From: Nitrosopumilus sp.
GTDB lineage: Archaea; Thermoproteota; Nitrososphaeria; Nitrososphaerales; Nitrosopumilaceae
Reading direction: 5' to 3'
NCBI GenBank assembly: GCA_965205675.1
Contig: OZ242186.1
Location: 1,056,001-1,120,000 of the forward strand
DNA length: 64,000 nucleotides
In this document: one piece after another, positions 52,255 to 62,004 of the stretch
Layout: each line of letters begins with the position of its first letter
Numbering within the stretch: the first letter of the stretch is position 1
Position numbers and translations under genes: made by a program
Notes under the pieces: generated by a model
Database searches by the model: none
What the model was told of the DNA's origin: nothing
What the model saw: only the letters and a program-made list of their open reading frames with translations

Positions 52255-53370
52255 CTAACTATAATTTTGTACAAATTCTCTCCTCTCCTTTAACATCCAA
52301 TAAATCACCCTCAGGATCTTTGATGCACCAGCTACTGCAGCTTTGGATGATCCTCTTTTCTTTTTAATGCGATTGTAAAATTTTGTAATGTCACTATCCT
52401 TGGCATGAATTGCATGAGTGTGTATGCATTCTGTTAGAACCCATCTCAATGTCATGCTTCCCCTTTTTGTTATTCTGCCATGGTGTATTGTATCTGCAGA
52501 GTTTCTAACTGATGGTACAACTCCTGCATATGCACACAGTTTGTGAGAATCATTGAATCTCTCAATATCTGCAATCTCTGATGCAATGACAAGCGAAGAA
52601 TAATGCCCAATTCCCGGAATCGAGTTTATCAAAATTGCATCAGGATTAACTTTTACAGCAGCATACACTTTGGAATTAATCTCTGCAATCTGTAAATTAA
52701 GGTGGCTGATTTGTTGCAAGAATCCGTCTATTCTGTAATCTCCTAGTGCCTTGAGTCTTCTGTTGTATGTTTCAGTGAATGTAACTCCTGGAATCCTGAT
52801 TCCTTCCTGTAACAATATTCCATGAACTGAATTCTTGACAGATGTTCTCCATTGGATTAGTTTTTTCCTATATCTTACAAGCTGTCTTTGTTGTACAATC
52901 TTTTTGTCTGGAACATAACATGTGGCAATGTATCCTCCTCGTAAAAGATCTGCCAATATCTTGGCATCAATCTTGTCTGTTTTCTTTTTTGATGCAGCAA
53001 TTGCCTTTGTCAAATATGGGTTTGAGAGTGTGACGTTTTTGTATCCCAAAGTATCTGTGAGAAATCGATACGTGTCATACCAGACTGATGAGGATTCCAT
53101 TACAATATTTGCAGAAATTGGTATTTTTGCAAAATGCTTCCTGATAGATTCATGAGTGTTATCCACTTTGTCATTTTGTAATACTTTGCCTGCATCATCC
53201 ATTATTGCTACTTGAAGAAACTTCTTGTGCAGGTCAATGCCCACAAACATGCCTTTCTTTGGTTTCTTCCTAATCTGTTTGTTTGTAATCTTTTTTGGAG
53301 CCGAGTATTTACGAACCTTGGAACTAGATTCATTTTTTATGCTATCTGATTTCCTTGCTTTCTTATTCAC
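52255..53370 (-). CDS. IS110-family DEDD recombinase/transposase
   Basis: GIDLH, VMESS and KTDKIDA (DEDD); SIPGIG; catalytic-Ser region GVVPSVRNSA; ~40-aa basic N-terminal extension. Confidence 0.93.
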   Translation of the reverse strand: MNKKARKSDSIKNESSSKVRKYSAPKKITNKQIRKKPKKGMFVGIDLHKKFLQVAIMDDAGKVLQNDKVDNTHESIRKHFAKIPISANIVMESSSVWYDTYRFLTDTLGYKNVTLSNPYLTKAIAASKKKTDKIDAKILADLLRGGYIATCYVPDKKIVQQRQLVRYRKKLIQWRTSVKNSVHGILLQEGIRIPGVTFTETYNRRLKALGDYRIDGFLQQISHLNLQIAEINSKVYAAVKVNPDAILINSIPGIGHYSSLVIASEIADIERFNDSHKLCAYAGVVPSVRNSADTIHHGRITKRGSMTLRWVLTECIHTHAIHAKDSDITKFYNRIKKKRGSSKAAVAGASKILRVIYWMLKERREFVQNYS

Positions 53371-53403
53371 ATATAGTTATTGGAAAAAACTATCAATATC
53401 ATT

Positions 53404-54469
53404 AGACCTCTTGCGTAATTAGACATATTTTACCATATTACACAAATTCCTTCACAGCAAGATCCAAAGCTAAGAACAACTTAACACATTTCATGTTAAC
53501 ATACAAGCAACTCTCAAAAAAGCCAAAATCCCTTCTCTCTTTTACTGGAGTGACTAGGCAACAGTTTGATGTGATTCTAAAGGATGTCAGAAAGAATCAC
53601 CGTATAGAAGAAAAGAAGAGACTATCCAAAGCAAAGAGAAAAAGAAGTATCGGAGCTGGGCGAAAGTTTGATTTGAGTCTTGAAGACCAGCTTGTAATGT
53701 TGTTTGTTTACTATCGGATGTACCTGACATGTGAATTGACAGGATATATGTTTGGATTAGACCAGAGCAACGTCTACAGAAACATCAGATTTAGAGCCTG
53801 CAGTAAGAAAAACAGTTCCTATTCCTGCAAAACTATACTCTGATTCCAAAAAAATGATGTACAGCAACTCCAACTGTTCTTTCCTGAATTAATTGCAATG
53901 ACTGATGGTACTGAACAACCAATCCCAAGACCCCAGAACAAAAAGAAAAGAAAGACTCACTATTCAGGCAAAAAAACACACAATAAAAAACCAAATCACC
54001 GTAAACCAGAAAGGTGAGATAATCCACAAACCTCCACATTCTCCAGGTAACATGATTATGCCATACTGAAAATAAAGTATCCTGCACTACACGAAGATGT
54101 GATGATATCTTATGACCTTGGGTATTTGGGAGTGGAAAAAGATTTTCCAGAACAGACAAGCATTCTACCATACAAGAAAAAGAAAGGAAAAAAACTGACC
54201 ATACATCAAAAGGAATGGAACAAGATGCAGTCAAGAATCCGAATAAAAGTAGAACATATTATCTCTCAAATCAAAAAGTTTAGGATTAATTCTGAGACAT
54301 TTAGGAATAGATTGTGCAGATATGATGCAATAAGTGACATCGTATGTGGAATTGTAAATTTCAAGACAAGATGGAAGCAAGAGTTTGTTGTGATTCCGTA
54401 ATCTCAGAAATTATTTGAAATTAAATTCAATGAAAGATAAGATTTTGTTTGTAATTACGCAAGAGGTCT
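53404..54469 (+). mobile_element. IS5-family element, copy 3 (multiple indels)
   Basis: Same IRs; ATT on both flanks. Confidence 0.92.
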
Positions 54470-54663
54470 ATTCTTTCTGACGTCTCTTAGAATCACATCA
54501 AACTGTTGCCTAGTCACTCCAGTAAAAGAGAGAAGGGATTTTGGCTTTTTTGAGAGTTGCTTGTATGTTAACATGAAATGTGTTAAGTTGTTCTTAGCTT
54601 TGGATCTTGCTGTGAAGGAATTTGTGTAATATGGTAAAATATGTCTAATTGCGCAAGAGGTCT
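54470..54663 (-). mobile_element. Inverted left-end fragment of the same IS5-family element
   Basis: Reverse complement of 53404-53598. Confidence 0.9.
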
Positions 54664-54688
54664 ATTGATTGATGACACGCTATTGCGT

Positions 54689-55420
54689 TTACTTGATTCC
54701 CAAGTACAGATTACCCAATTCCTGATGAGACAATAGTTCTTTGGAACTTCCATGAAATACGCACTTGCCGTTTGCCAAAAGATAGACATAGTCGGCAATC
54801 TTTAGCGCTTTTTTGACATTTTGTTCAACCATGATTACTGTAATTCCAAAATCATCACTGATCTGTTTTATCTTTGATAATGCCTCGACTGCTAATTTGG
54901 GTGAAAGGCTTGCAGTGGGTTCATCAAAGAGCATAACTTTTGGCTGGCGAATCAATGCCATGGCCATTGCAAGCATCTGGCGTTGACCGCCACTAAGAGT
55001 ACTTGCCTTTGATTTTTTATATTCTTTTAAAATGGGAAATATCTCAAAAACTTCAGAGATTCTCTCTGATTGCATCTTTGAATCAAGTGTATAGCTTGCC
55101 ATGGAGAGATTTTCTTTTATGTTAAGATTGGGGAAGATGTTATTGGTTTGAGGCAGATATGCAATCTTCATCCTTGCTATTTGATGCGGTGCCATCTCTG
55201 TAATTTTTTCTTTGTTATAACGGATTTGACCAGAATACACATCACATAGACCAAAGATGCTTTTGAGCAATGTACTTTTTCCACTACCGTTTGGACCTAC
55301 AATTATCGTAATCTCTTTTTCTTTTGCCTCAAAATTCACCCCAAAAAGAATATGACTATTTACATATCCTGAATTTAAATCACTGACATTAATTACTGAA
55401 CTATCTTGTTTTTGAGACAT
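54689..55420 (-). CDS. livF: Branched-chain amino acid ABC transporter ATPase
   Basis: GPNGSGKST, LSGGQRQMLAMA, DEPTASLSP, VEQN. Confidence 0.92.
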   Translation of the reverse strand: MSQKQDSSVINVSDLNSGYVNSHILFGVNFEAKEKEITIIVGPNGSGKSTLLKSIFGLCDVYSGQIRYNKEKITEMAPHQIARMKIAYLPQTNNIFPNLNIKENLSMASYTLDSKMQSERISEVFEIFPILKEYKKSKASTLSGGQRQMLAMAMALIRQPKVMLFDEPTASLSPKLAVEALSKIKQISDDFGITVIMVEQNVKKALKIADYVYLLANGKCVFHGSSKELLSHQELGNLYLGIK

Positions 55421-56176
55421 TTATCCTCCCAGATATGATTCGACAACTTTTGGATGCTTTATTATCTCATCAGAACTGCCTTGAGTAATAATTTTTCCCT
55501 GATTCATTGCAAAAACATGGTCTGCATACTGTAATGCAATATCTAATCTATGCTCGACAATCAAAAATGTAATTTTTTGCTTTTTACATATGGATGAGAT
55601 TTTCTCAAATATTTCGTGAGCTAGTGTCGGATTAACACCTGCAATGGGCTCATCCATTAGTATCATTTTGGCATCGGACATCATGGCACGACCTAACTCT
55701 AGGAGTTTTTGCTGACCTCCGCTAAGATTTTGACCAAGCGTGTTTTTTTGATTAATCAAATTTACCATCTCCATAATTTCCAATGCATTATCTGTAATTT
55801 TTCTCTCATCTTTTCTCCATTTGGATTTTAATGGGGCCCTAAGGAAAGATTCGCCAACATTATTGCGACTTGAGATTACAAAGTTCTCCAAAGTCGTCAG
55901 ATTTGCAAAAGGCTGAGGAATCTGCCAGGTTCGAACTAGTCCTGTCTTAAATGTCTCATATAGTCCCTTTTTCGTAATATCGTGTGAATTAAAGATAATT
56001 TTCCCACTCTCAGGTTTCAGCATACCTGAAATTACATTGATTAGAGTAGTTTTTCCACTGCCATTGGGGCCGATCATTTCATATAACAATCCTTCTTCTA
56101 ACTCCATGTCAATTCCATCAAGAACAGTATGCCCACCAAAACGTTTCGTAATATTGGAAATTGATAGGATTACCAT
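55421..56176 (-). CDS. livG: Branched-chain amino acid ABC transporter ATPase
   Basis: GPNGSGKTT, RTWQ, LSGGQQKLLELGRA, DEPIAGVNP. Confidence 0.92.
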   Translation of the reverse strand: MVILSISNITKRFGGHTVLDGIDMELEEGLLYEMIGPNGSGKTTLINVISGMLKPESGKIIFNSHDITKKGLYETFKTGLVRTWQIPQPFANLTTLENFVISSRNNVGESFLRAPLKSKWRKDERKITDNALEIMEMVNLINQKNTLGQNLSGGQQKLLELGRAMMSDAKMILMDEPIAGVNPTLAHEIFEKISSICKKQKITFLIVEHRLDIALQYADHVFAMNQGKIITQGSSDEIIKHPKVVESYLGG

Positions 56177-56229
56177 AAAATATTTCAAGGCATAAAGAAA
56201 ATTAAGGGTTTCGTATGTAAATTAGTGAT

Positions 56230-57156
56230 TTGGCATATGATCCAATTTTTTCTGATGCAATAATTTTTGCCAGTCTTTTAGCATTACTTAGTATTGGGCT
56301 AACACTAACATACATTACAACTAGGGTGCCTAATTTTGCACATGCATCATTTGCAACCATTGGAGTATATGTTGCACTAGTTGTAACACATGTCTGGGGG
56401 ATCTCGCCATATGTGGCCATTCCAATATCCTTTGTAATTTCGGGAGTTGTTGCCGTATTGTTGTACATGTTTATCATAAAACCGCTAGTTCGAAAGGGTG
56501 CATCTCAGGCAATTCAAATGATTGCAACTTTGGCATTTGATTTGATAGTCATTGCATTGCTAAACATTACTGCAGATTATATAGTTAAGACATACAAGGT
56601 TACATCAAGGGAATTTTCCCTACGCAGTTACGATGTAGAGTTTATGGGGTTGCCATTAATTGTATTTGTAGCACCAATTACTATTGCAATACTGGCAATA
56701 TCGCTACACATCACACTACGTAAAACAAAATTCGGAATCGCAATGAGGGCATCAACTGAAAATCATGATCTGGCTGAAACCGTTGGGATTAATGTAAAAT
56801 TAATCTACGGAGTGTCCTGGCTACTAGGAGGCGGATTTGCAGGAATTGCAGGCGCGCTGATGTCAATGTGGTTTCAGGGAGATCCAAATCTCGGACCGCA
56901 ATTAATTCCAAGTGTATTTGCAGCAAGTATTGTGGGAGGTTTTCTTAGCATTTATGGTGCAATTGCAGGAGGAATTCTAGTGGGGCTGACAGAAATCTTA
57001 GGAACTAGATTTTTGGCTGGGGAGTTGGGGACATGGCTTATCGCATATCGTCCATTAATTCCGTTGATTTTCATTGTGGCGACATTATTTTTGGCACCAA
57101 AAGGTTTAGCAGGTGTAAATTGGTCAAAGTTGAGGAGAGATGGCTCTAGGCACTGA
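56230..57156 (+). CDS. livH: Branched-chain amino acid ABC transporter permease
   Basis: IGLTLTY..NFAHA, TKFGIAMRA..N..AE..GIN. Confidence 0.9.
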   Translation: MAYDPIFSDAIIFASLLALLSIGLTLTYITTRVPNFAHASFATIGVYVALVVTHVWGISPYVAIPISFVISGVVAVLLYMFIIKPLVRKGASQAIQMIATLAFDLIVIALLNITADYIVKTYKVTSREFSLRSYDVEFMGLPLIVFVAPITIAILAISLHITLRKTKFGIAMRASTENHDLAETVGINVKLIYGVSWLLGGGFAGIAGALMSMWFQGDPNLGPQLIPSVFAASIVGGFLSIYGAIAGGILVGLTEILGTRFLAGELGTWLIAYRPLIPLIFIVATLFLAPKGLAGVNWSKLRRDGSRH

Positions 57157-58204
57157 AATAACATTTCTTGTAGATCTGCTTGCAATATTTGCAGTCTATG
57201 CCATTGTCAATCTTAGTCTGAATATGGAATTTGGCTATGCCGGAATTCCAAACTTTGGCAAGGTCTTAGCAGTTGGTGCAGGTGCATTTGTTGCAGCATC
57301 AATTCCGGGTAGAATATTTGCAGAGATGGCAGGAATTCAGGGAGATTACATTTTAGATAATTTACTCATAGTCTCTCAAATCAATTTATGGCTTGCAGAT
57401 AATGTGGGAGTGGGCTTTGCCATCTTCTTTTTGACACTGGCAGTAGCTGCAATAGTAGGTGGGGCAATAGGAATACTCACATCATATCCTACAATCCGAC
57501 TACGTGGAGATTATTTGGCCATTACACTGTTGGCCTTTGGGGAGAGTGTCAGAATTATTGGAAATAATTACACCCCTCTGGCAGGTGGAACTTTGGGCGT
57601 ACAAGTACCTGATCCTTTGTCATTTTTACCTGATGAACTTCGCTTTCCAATAGCCACGATTGGGCTTGTGGCAATTGCAGTAGTAATTTATGCGTACAGT
57701 GAGAGAATGCTTCGCTCTCCATTGGGCAGGATGCTCAAAGCCGTTAGGGATAATGAAATGGCAGCAGAATCCCTAGGAAAGAATGCCACAAATACCAGAA
57801 TCAAAATAATCATAGTCTCAGCTGCCCTTGCGGCAATCGGCGGGGCATTGTATGCGTTTTATGTTGGAGGGACCATTGCATTTGCATATGACAGGGCAAG
57901 CTGGACGTTTTGGCCGTTTCTGATGATACTGATTGGAGGATTGGCAAACAACAAGGGTGTGCTAGTTGGAACCTTGATCTTTGTTACTCTGCGAAAGCTT
58001 ATCATATTCTTCAAGGATTCCTTTGAGGCGTTTGTTCCATTTGACGTGGTATGGCTTGACTTTTTGCTGCTAGGCATAATCTTGCTTGTAATTTTGCTGT
58101 ACCGGCCACAGGGAATCCTTGTTGAAAAACCGACTCCAACACTGACTGGAGGGATAGTGTCTGGCTCGGGGCTTCAAAGAATACGGAATTTCTTTTTTAA
58201 ATAA
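57140..58204 (+). CDS. livM: Branched-chain amino acid ABC transporter permease
   Basis: GYAGIPNFG, RLRGDYLAITLL, SPLGR.LKAVRDNE.AA.SLG. Confidence 0.9.
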   Translation: MALGTEITFLVDLLAIFAVYAIVNLSLNMEFGYAGIPNFGKVLAVGAGAFVAASIPGRIFAEMAGIQGDYILDNLLIVSQINLWLADNVGVGFAIFFLTLAVAAIVGGAIGILTSYPTIRLRGDYLAITLLAFGESVRIIGNNYTPLAGGTLGVQVPDPLSFLPDELRFPIATIGLVAIAVVIYAYSERMLRSPLGRMLKAVRDNEMAAESLGKNATNTRIKIIIVSAALAAIGGALYAFYVGGTIAFAYDRASWTFWPFLMILIGGLANNKGVLVGTLIFVTLRKLIIFFKDSFEAFVPFDVVWLDFLLLGIILLVILLYRPQGILVEKPTPTLTGGIVSGSGLQRIRNFFFK

Positions 58205-58205
58205 T

Positions 58206-58445
58206 TGAGACTTGGGCATAACTATTTACTGCTTTGTTTCCCAACCCCAAATAACCATCAACACTCTTTGATGCTTTGAAATCATTTCTGATTCTATTGC
58301 ATTGCAATCATTTTATTGTACAGACAAACTTTCATTTTCAATTCATGAATCATGTTTTCTCTCTTGTGCGATGTCACATGCTCTCCAAATATTCTTTTGA
58401 ATACAGAGAATGCTCCCTCTACAATCCATCTATCCCCATAGCTTA
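58206..58445 (-). pseudogene. 3' remnant of a second IS5-family (IS903-like) element, cut by IS630
   Basis: Minus strand 58443-58294 reads SYGDRWIVEGAFSVFKRIFGEHVTSHKRENMIHELKMKVCLYN; probable end motif TGAGACTTGGGCATAAC. Confidence 0.75.
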
Positions 58446-59534
58446 TACCTCGGAGCATAATTCTTTGCAATTTTTCAAAACAAATAGCAATACTTTTTGA
58501 TCGGTAGTTAGAAATAATTTCATTGACATCACAAATGACGAGTTACTCCAGGTCTACAAAAAAGAAAAAAAATATTCACAAAAAAACAAGATTACATGCA
58601 ATGTGCATTATCAAAATCAACGAATCTACAATTGCTGAAACTGCAAGCCAAATGTTTTGTACATATAATTCTGTAAGGAATTGGCTTGATTCATTTGAAA
58701 AATACGGACTAGAGGGCCTGGAGGATCTCCCTCGTTCTGGCCGTCCGCCATTAATCTCACACAAAAAATTACAAAAAATAGAGCGTACGTTTAAGAAAAT
58801 TTCAGATGGAATGACTCCAAAAAAAACTGATACAGTTCATATTTTACAGAACACGCATTACATATCATATCACTCATGTGCGTCCTTTGATGCACAAATG
58901 GAATCTAAAACCAAAGGTTCCACAAAAACTACATGTGCGAGCAGCATCCAAGGATGTGTGCCGCAAGTGGAAAAACCGCATCATTTCACGCATAGAAAAG
59001 GCAAAAAAGAAAGGTTTTACAATATTTATCCAAGACGAGTCTGTATTTGTAGACGATGTACGTCTTGGTAAAAAATACTGGACAGATGCACACCAAAGAT
59101 TAATTGTACGTTGGAGAGGATCACATCAAAGATTTTTGGTTTATGGAAATGATGATAATCAAAGTTTTTTTAGATCGTATGAAAAATTTAACTCCATTGC
59201 ATTTATGGATTATTTGGAGGCAGCTCGTAGAAAATTTGGAAAAATATTTGTTATCGTCGATAGAGCGCCGCAACACAAAGCTAATGATGTAAAAAAATAT
59301 CTGCACAAAAACAAAGATGTCAAACTGGCATATCTTCTGAGAGGTTCTCCACATTTGAGTATGATTGAAGAGATTTGGAGACAGTGCAAACATGTTAATG
59401 TTGAATCAGAATTTTATGAATCTATTCATGAAATGAGGCATACAGTTATGGAATATTTTAGAACCCATAAATTTAATTTGAATATGTATTATTTTGCAAG
59501 AACAGTAAATTGAAAAGACTTATGATCTGGGGTA
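58446..59534 (+). mobile_element. IS630 subtype C, frameshifted copy
   Basis: Near-identical to 50445-51534; extra A in the run near 58820; TTG in place of the ATG start. Confidence 0.92.
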
Positions 59535-59738
59535 TATCTAATAACTATGACAATTGTTGTATCGATATAGTTTTCTTGATCTTCTAATAGCTGTGCCGCT
59601 ATTGCAGACAGTGTCACCGAAATTATAAAACAAATCAGAAAATTTCTCTTAATTTGTAGTAACTATGAATTTAGTTTCATGATTTCTTTGATGGTTTATT
59701 TGATAATGATTAATTTACATCATCTCATAAACTAAACT

Positions 59739-60293
59739 ATGAAAAAAAGATGTCTTTGGGCAAAAGATGAACCCAATACAACTTATCATGATCTGGAATG
59801 GGGTCGCCCACAACATGATGATCAAAAATTATTTGAATTTTTAATGTTGGAGGGAGCTCAGGCAGGTTTATCTTGGACCACTATTCTCAAACGTAGAGAC
59901 GGCTATCGTAAGGCATTTTCTAATTTTGATGCTAAAAAAGTCTCAAAATATACTCAAAAACATGTAGAAAAATTACTCACAGATGAGTCCATTATTAGAA
60001 ATAAACTCAAAGTAAATTCTGCAATAAACAATGCAAAACACTTTCTAAAAATCCAAGAAGAATTTGGTACTTTTGATAACTATTTGTGGGGTTTTGTTGA
60101 TCACAAACCAATCAGAAATAAATTCAAAGAACATGCGGAGTTACCTGCATCTACTGAAATTTCAGAGAAGTTGAGTAAATCTCTTCGAACTCGTGGATTT
60201 AATTTCGTTGGACCTACTATTTGTTATGCATTGATGCAGGCTGTGGGAATGGTAAATGATCACACTTTTGATTGTTTTTTGTATCAAAAATAA
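59739..60293 (+). CDS. tag: DNA-3-methyladenine glycosylase I
   Basis: RCLW..YHD.EWG, LEGAQAGLSW.TIL.RR, FVGPTICYA.MQA.G.VNDH. Confidence 0.95.
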   Translation: MKKRCLWAKDEPNTTYHDLEWGRPQHDDQKLFEFLMLEGAQAGLSWTTILKRRDGYRKAFSNFDAKKVSKYTQKHVEKLLTDESIIRNKLKVNSAINNAKHFLKIQEEFGTFDNYLWGFVDHKPIRNKFKEHAELPASTEISEKLSKSLRTRGFNFVGPTICYALMQAVGMVNDHTFDCFLYQK

Positions 60294-60322
60294 TTTTTAA
60301 GTAAGCTTGTTTTCGATCAACT

Positions 60323-60694
60323 ATGGCAGAAGGAAAATTTGCAACATCTGTTACTTGTATGGATGGAAGAATTCAGATACCTTTAGCAAATTGGATTAAA
60401 GAAAATTTTTCTGTTGATTTTGTTGATGCGATAACAGAGCCCGGAATTGACAAAACTGTTGCAGCAAATTTGGCTTTAGATTCAATTAAACATAAAATTA
60501 GCATTTCAATTAATGCCCACAAGTCTGAATTAATTGTGGTTTCTGGTCATTATGACTGTGCGGGCAATCCCGTCTCTAATGATGAACACATTGCCCAAAT
60601 CAAAAAAGGTGTCAAAGTAATTTCCTTATGGAATCCAGATGTAAAAGTAATTGGAGTTTGGGTTGATGATGCCTGGACTGTAAATCTTCTTTAA
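60323..60694 (+). CDS. Carbonic anhydrase-like protein
   Basis: CMDGR ... GHYDCAGN zinc-ligand pattern. Confidence 0.75.
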   Translation: MAEGKFATSVTCMDGRIQIPLANWIKENFSVDFVDAITEPGIDKTVAANLALDSIKHKISISINAHKSELIVVSGHYDCAGNPVSNDEHIAQIKKGVKVISLWNPDVKVIGVWVDDAWTVNLL

Positions 60695-60705
60695 TCTGGA
60701 CATTT

Positions 60706-61971
60706 ATGAATCAAAAACTATCTACTTTTTCAAAGACAGCAGGTCCTGGAATATTATTTGCAAGCACTGCTATTGGCGTTTCGCATTTAGTTCAATCCAC
60801 CAGAGCTGGTGCGGACTTTGGTTTATTGATTCTGGGATTTGTAATTGTTGTAACTTTGTTAAAATATCCTTTTTTTGAATATGGTTCACGTTATGCAACT
60901 TCTACTCAAACAAGCATTATTGATGGATACAAGAAACTTGGAAAGCCTGCATTGTGGTTGTATTTCTTACTCACCATTGCATCTATGTTTTTTGTAACTG
61001 GTGCAATTGGATTTGTTACTGCAGGATTTTTTGAAAATCTTTTTGATGCGGAATTTCTTGGAGAATGGACTGTTGCTATATTATTTACAATATGTGTTTC
61101 AATTTTAGCTATTGGGAAATATAATGTGTTAGATAGCATGATTAAGATAATTGCAATTGTTATGTTGATATCTACTGTTTCTGCATTTTCATTTGCATTG
61201 TATAATGGACCTGTTGAATCCGTTGAAGGATTTCAGCCAAAAAATCTATGGGAAATTTCCGGAGTTTTTTTCTTACTTGCGTTAATGGGTTGGATGCCCA
61301 CAGCTATAGATCTCTCTAGTTGGAATAGTTTGTGGACTTTGGAGAAAATGAAACAAACAAAATACAAACCAAAACTAAAAGAAACTTTATTTGAATTTCG
61401 TTTAGCGTACTTGGTAGCTGGTATACTTGCAATAATGTTTGTTACATTGGGGGCGTTCATTTTTTATGGTTCTGGCCAAGAACTTCCTAACAACAATTCT
61501 CTTTTTGCCCATAAAGTAGTGACATTATACACTCAAACAATTGGGAATTGGAGTTATGTCATTATTGCCGCATCTGCTTTTACTGTGATGTTTGGAACAA
61601 TTCTTGCAGTATTTGATGGATATTCCAGGTCTTTACAACGAACAGTCGAGTTGATTTTTGTCAAAAATAATGATGAAGTGTCCTCAAAGTTTCGTATGTT
61701 ATATGTATTTTTTTTAATCATCCTTGCAAGTGGATCTTTTATAATTGTTTCTCGATTTGGAGACAATCTAAAGGAATTAGTTGATTTTGCAACTGTTTTG
61801 TCGTTTGTTATAGCTCCTATCATTGCTGTTTTTAATTTTCGATTAGTCACTGGTAAATTTTTAGCAAAAGATCATCAACCTTCAATTCTATTGAAAATTT
61901 TGAGCTTTGCGGGCATATTGTTCTTGTCTGGATTTGCTTTATTCTTTTTAATAACAAAATTTTATTCCTGA
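60706..61971 (+). CDS. NRAMP-like divalent metal transporter
   Basis: GPGILFA.TAIGVSHLVQSTRAGA, MGWMP; multiple TM segments. Confidence 0.85.
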   Translation: MNQKLSTFSKTAGPGILFASTAIGVSHLVQSTRAGADFGLLILGFVIVVTLLKYPFFEYGSRYATSTQTSIIDGYKKLGKPALWLYFLLTIASMFFVTGAIGFVTAGFFENLFDAEFLGEWTVAILFTICVSILAIGKYNVLDSMIKIIAIVMLISTVSAFSFALYNGPVESVEGFQPKNLWEISGVFFLLALMGWMPTAIDLSSWNSLWTLEKMKQTKYKPKLKETLFEFRLAYLVAGILAIMFVTLGAFIFYGSGQELPNNNSLFAHKVVTLYTQTIGNWSYVIIAASAFTVMFGTILAVFDGYSRSLQRTVELIFVKNNDEVSSKFRMLYVFFLIILASGSFIIVSRFGDNLKELVDFATVLSFVIAPIIAVFNFRLVTGKFLAKDHQPSILLKILSFAGILFLSGFALFFLITKFYS

Positions 61972-62004
61972 TCCTTTAAATTCACTTGATTCTTACTTGT
62001 TAAT

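Larger units (their letters stand above)
52052..53402 (-). mobile_element. IS110-family (IS1111-group layout) element bounded by a repeated AT core
   Basis: Short 5' end, ~200-bp 3' non-coding end, weak subterminal IRs (TGATAGTTTTT vs TGAATTGTTTTT). Boundaries were inferred from the guide matches. Confidence 0.82.

Noticed and set aside
10760-58830. Homopolymer frameshifts in IS630-A, ISH3 and IS630-C as programmed recoding
   Set aside because: They are single extra bases in runs, and an intact IS630-C copy exists. Decay or unpolished long-read errors in repeats explain them.
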